Source of the DNA: Felis catus
Lineage: Eukaryota
Direction of reading: 5' to 3'
Assembly (NCBI RefSeq): GCF_018350175.1
Contig: NC_058368.1
Coordinates: 60,576,001 to 60,640,000 of the forward strand
DNA: 64,000 bases
In this document: piece by piece, positions 63,523 to 64,000 of the stretch
Layout: each line of letters starts with the position of its first letter
Numbering within the stretch: position 1 is the stretch's first letter
The notes under the pieces: model-generated
Database searches by the model: none
What the model was told of the DNA's origin: nothing
The model's input: the letters and a program-made list of their open reading frames with translations, nothing else
Position numbers and translations under genes: made by a program

Positions 63523-63743
63523 GGGGTGCCTGGGTGGCTTAGTCAGTTAGGTGTCCGACTTCAGCTCAGGTCATGATCTCACAGTTTGTGAGTTCAAGCC
63601 CCGTGTTGGGCTCTATGCTGACATCTCAGAGACTGGAGCCTGCTTCAGATTCTGTGTCTCCCTTGCTCTCTGCCCCTCCCCGGCTTGTGCTCTGTCTCTG
63701 ACTCTCTCAAAAATAAACATTAAAAAATTAAAATTAAAAAAAA
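63523..63743 (+). mobile_element. Felid SINEC_Fc-like
   Basis: Head, body and tail present; TSD aaggataagtat / aaggtaagtat. Confidence 0.96.
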
Positions 63744-64000
63744 GGTAAGTATTAGTAATATGCTACATAGCCTCCAAATGAGAATATATTACTATACAAT
63801 GATTGTTTCATCCACATCATTTGTAATCTGAAATATTTTCATTTCTGTTTACTTCCAGCCCCACACCTTGTAAATAGATGCATTTAGAGTTTGAAAAGAT
63901 ATTGGAACATTATTATATTTGAATAAATTTTCCAAAGCCTAAATTTTACAAGCTTCTGCAATGAAAGAATTAGTAGAAGCAAATTAATTACTCACCTCCT

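Noticed and set aside
48641..63743. Apparent switch to minus-strand SINE bias in the last quarter of the window
   Set aside because: Too few elements to distinguish from chance; L1 fragments occur in both orientations
1..64000. ORF track entries as real genes
   Set aside because: All are 142 aa or shorter. Many map to SINEs (GAPGWLSRLS.., SPASGSVLTA..), L1, LTRs or microsatellites, and the rest resemble no protein family I recognise
1..64000. Prokaryote-type systems (CRISPR, operons, defence loci) or another novel multi-gene system
   Set aside because: The sequence is mammalian repeat-rich non-coding DNA; there is no regularly spaced repeat-spacer array and no gene-dense region

Overview
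AT-rich, CpG-poor mammalian non-coding DNA (intergenic or deep intronic), almost certainly from a cat-family (Felidae) genome. It carries about 29 tRNA-derived Can-SINEs, several of the young felid SINEC_Fc type. It also holds carnivore and ancient L1 fragments, L2/L3/MIR relics, ERVL/MaLR/ERV1 LTRs, two decayed ERVL internal segments, MER44/MER58 DNA transposons and microsatellites. I find no intact protein-coding gene, RNA gene or CpG island. The ORFs I can assign are read-throughs of repeats, and the rest resemble no protein I recognise. I found no evidence for a novel biological system. The most informative items are structural: a textbook twin-primed 5'-inverted L1 with a 20-bp TSD, a SINE whose body is inverted relative to its head, a truncated LTR16/ERV3-16A3-type provirus, very young SINEs that may be polymorphic, a palindromic templated-insertion scar, and two weak candidate exons in unique sequence. 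Repeat family names come from my recall of consensus sequences, not a database search. Boundaries of old elements are approximate.
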